From NCBI RefSeq assembly GCF_004010195.1, contig NC_057750.1, forward strand, positions 15,432,537 to 15,496,536: a stretch of DNA of 64,000 bases. The letters are read 5' to 3'. Below the pieces are notes generated by a model that was not told the origin of the DNA, did no database searches, and saw only the letters and a program-made list of their open reading frames with translations. Position 1 is the stretch's first letter. Each line of letters begins with the position of its first letter. The position numbers and the translations under genes were made by a program. This stretch comes from Chiloscyllium plagiosum (Eukaryota). Of this stretch, positions 60,987 to 64,000 are shown one piece after another.

Positions 60987-62229
60987 CGCAGATCACCATA
61001 AACCCGATCTCGCACATCACCAAGTCCCCAAGCTGCTTCCAATGTCCAGACATCGAAGAAGCCACAGCGGCACCACACCAGCCACCTCATGCCAAAGACC
61101 TGCTCCAGGCCCCCATCCACTGCTGTGGCCACTGCCTCCACAACTGAGCTCTTTCCAGAACGTAACCTGAAAAAGAAACAAACTCAAAACAATGAAAATA
61201 AAAGTGATAAAGCAAGAAAGAAAAGTGGTCGGAGTGGATGAGCCCTAGCTCAGGAGCCCTACTCCGCTGACAACTTGATATCTTCCATTCTTCCAGTTTA
61301 AACCATGATATTGAACCTATCCATAAAGTTATCTGCCCTCCTATCACTTTCCCCAGTGATCTTCCATTATGCGCAATCCCTTGTGTGAACTATTTAGAAA
61401 ATAAGGATAATTAGACCATATGATGTAGCAGCAGAATTGAGTCTGCTCCATCATTCAGTGAGATCTTGGCTGATCTGATCATCCTCAACTCCATTTTCCT
61501 GCCTTTTCCCATTAGCACTTGATTCCCTTGCTGATTAAAAATCTATCTCAGCCTTCAATACACTTGTATACAGTATGTTGTTGTAAAATTGTGCTGATTG
61601 ACTGTGGTGTGTTCAGAAACTAAAACTAAATGATCTCTTTCTGTCCTGCCTACCTCTCAATAAAATTTATCTCTCAGCTTAGTAAGCTTCGTGGTTTTGT
61701 TTTAGAAAGGGAGTGTAATAAATGTTTGCTTGGTCCAGTTCATTATATTGAAAAATGTGATTGGCCATCTTGTTGTCCTGACTTCATTTAAAAATGTTAT
61801 TTCCCTACACTACATAAATAGCTCCTCTACTGAGAATCAGATTGAGTTATGTTGACAGAGCCAAGAGCTTAGGGTAAGGGGATGGGAGCTGGGGAGCTTA
61901 TGATTAAGAACAAAAATATACACAGAAAGGGACAAGTAAATTGTAAGCCTGAGTCAGACCAGCGAAGTTACTCATTTTACGCGTGATGTGACCTTGCTCA
62001 TTAAGAGCTGGAAATTGAAACAGAACAAAAGAATAAAACAACTGGAAAATGCCTCCTGAATGAATCAACACTTGAGATGACGACAAAGGAAGAGTGATTT
62101 TCAGACTCTGATCATTCTTAAACATATTGTAACAATGTCTAGGAACAGACAAAGTGACATAACTGGGCCACTGAGCCCTCCTGGCCACAACCCTTTCTGA
62201 TTCATTTAATTAATCATATTCATGTAATT

Positions 62230-63770
62230 GTTCAAAGATAGGAGGCAGATAAGAAGATTGGACAAAACATAAAAAAAGAGTAATAAAGAGGGAAACATTA
62301 AAACATGAGAGCAAGTTAGTCAAAAATATTAAAAGAGACGGGAAAAGTTTCTTCAATTGTTCAAGAAAGAAAAGAGTAAACAAAGTAAGTATTGGTTCTA
62401 TCAAAAATAAGTTGAGGTAATTAGTTATGAAGGATAAAAGGATGAATGGGTATTTTGTGTCAGGCTTAGGATACAAATAACATCACAGAAATAGCTATAA
62501 ATCAGGAACTGAAAGGGAGCAACTCCAGAAAGTTATAATTACTAGGGAAGTACTACTGAGTAAATTGTTGGAATTGCAAGTTGACAAGTGGCCATGTCCT
62601 GATGTATTTCACCCTGCAATCTTAAAAGACGTAGCTAGTGAGATAGTTGATGCATTGGTTTTTTTTTTCAATTTTCCCAAATAGATATGGGTAGGATTCC
62701 TTTAGGTTCGAAAATAGCTAATGCAACTCCTTTGTTTAAAGAGGGAGGGAGGCAGAAAGCAAGAAACTACAGGCCAGCTAGCTCATATGGAAAACGTTAG
62801 AAGCCGTTCTTAAAGACATAACAGGGCATTTGGACAAGTTCAAGATAATCAGGTAGAGCCAACAAAGGGAAACCATGTTTAAAACTCACTTATCAGAGTT
62901 ACGTTCAAAGCCATAGAGAGTGAGTAATACAGCACAGAAATAGGCTCTTTCGCCCACAAACACCAAACTATACTGATCTCATTCACCTGCACTTGGTCCA
63001 TAATATACTATGCCCTGTTCTTTGAAGTGCTTATCCAGATGCCTCTTAAATGCTGTGAGAATACCTGCCTCCACTATCCTCTCAAACAGCATGTTCTTCT
63101 TCGATCTCTTTTCTCTCTATCTTAAATATGTGCCCTCTGGTCTTAGACTCATATGCCACGGGGAAAGGATTCTCATGTATACATTACCAAAAGGATGTGG
63201 ACACTTTAGAGATGGTTCAGAGAAGGTTTACGAGGATGTTGCCTGGTATGGAAGTGCTAGCTATGAAGAAAGGTTGAGTAGGTTAGGTTTATTTTCATTA
63301 GAAAAAAGGAGATTGAGGGGGGACCTGATTGAGGTTTACAAAATTATGAAGGGTATAGACAGGATGGATAAAGACAAGCTTTTTCCCAGGGTGCAGAATT
63401 CCATAACGAGAGGTCACGCTTTCAAGGTGAGGGGTGGAAAGTTTAAGGGGGATACACACGGTAAGTACTTCACACAGAGGGTGGTGGGCATCTGGAATGC
63501 ATTGCCAGCAGAGGTGGTAGAGGCAGGCATGGTAGATTTATTTAAGATGCGTCTGGACAAATGCATGAATAGGTGGGAAGCAGAGGGATAAAGATGCTTA
63601 GGAATTGACCGACAGGTATAGACAGTACATTTGGATCGGCTCAGGCTTGGAGGGCCAAAGGGCCTGTTCCTAGGCTGTAAATTTTCTTTTTTCTTTTTCT
63701 TGTATACTCTGTCGATGCCTCTCGTAATTTTGCAAACTTCAATCAGAACCCCCTTCTGCCTTCTCTGCCC
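62230..63770. mobile_element. CR1-type LINE fragments (62230-62900 + old; ~62910-63185 -; 63185-63680 +)
   Basis: SYEERLSRLGLFSLEKRRLRGDLIEVYKIMKG...FTQRVVGIWNALP; NYRP.S remnant near 62765. Confidence 0.85.
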
Positions 63771-64000
63771 CAGACTGTTTCCTTCATTTTTTAAACTTTT
63801 GCCTATATGCCTCAGGAACTAAATCCAATCCACCCAGAAAAATCAATTTTTAAAACATGATCTGTAGAGAGTCCCCTGACAGTGATGCATTTATTTCCTG
63901 TGTTCTTTCCATTTAATTTATATAGATAGCATTTTTCTCTGGCCACTTAATTTGAGTTGTAATTTTATTTTTGAAGAAGTAACTTAAGTTGTAGATGAAG

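Overview
Eukaryotic, repeat-rich vertebrate DNA, most likely from a cartilaginous fish. This is inferred from HE1-type V-SINEs, HER1/CR1-type LINE tails and abundant Penelope-like elements (PLEs). I can support only one host coding exon: a GC/CpG-rich minus-strand exon (43741-44151) resembling the N-terminal exon of an inositol-trisphosphate 3-kinase (best fit ITPKC, ITPKB not excluded). I found no kinase-domain exon in 1-43740, so that stretch is probably one long first intron. Upstream of the exon are two related 35-bp minisatellite arrays built from a GC box plus a PBX/MEIS-type TGATTGACAG motif. Most of the rest is decayed CR1, Rex1/Babar, RTE and L2 LINEs, tRNA-derived SINEs and PLE fragments. 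The most notable signals are: (i) many minimal hammerhead-ribozyme motifs of several sequence families in PLE termini, including tiny or fold-back insertions with 10-15 bp target-site duplications (TSDs); (ii) a candidate internal promoter with an 8-codon first exon at 16.4-16.6 kb; (iii) a uORF whose stop overlaps the putative main ATG; (iv) the motif-rich promoter minisatellite. Nearly all ORFs in the supplied track are repeat-derived or gap artefacts. Repeat boundaries and family names are by eye and approximate.
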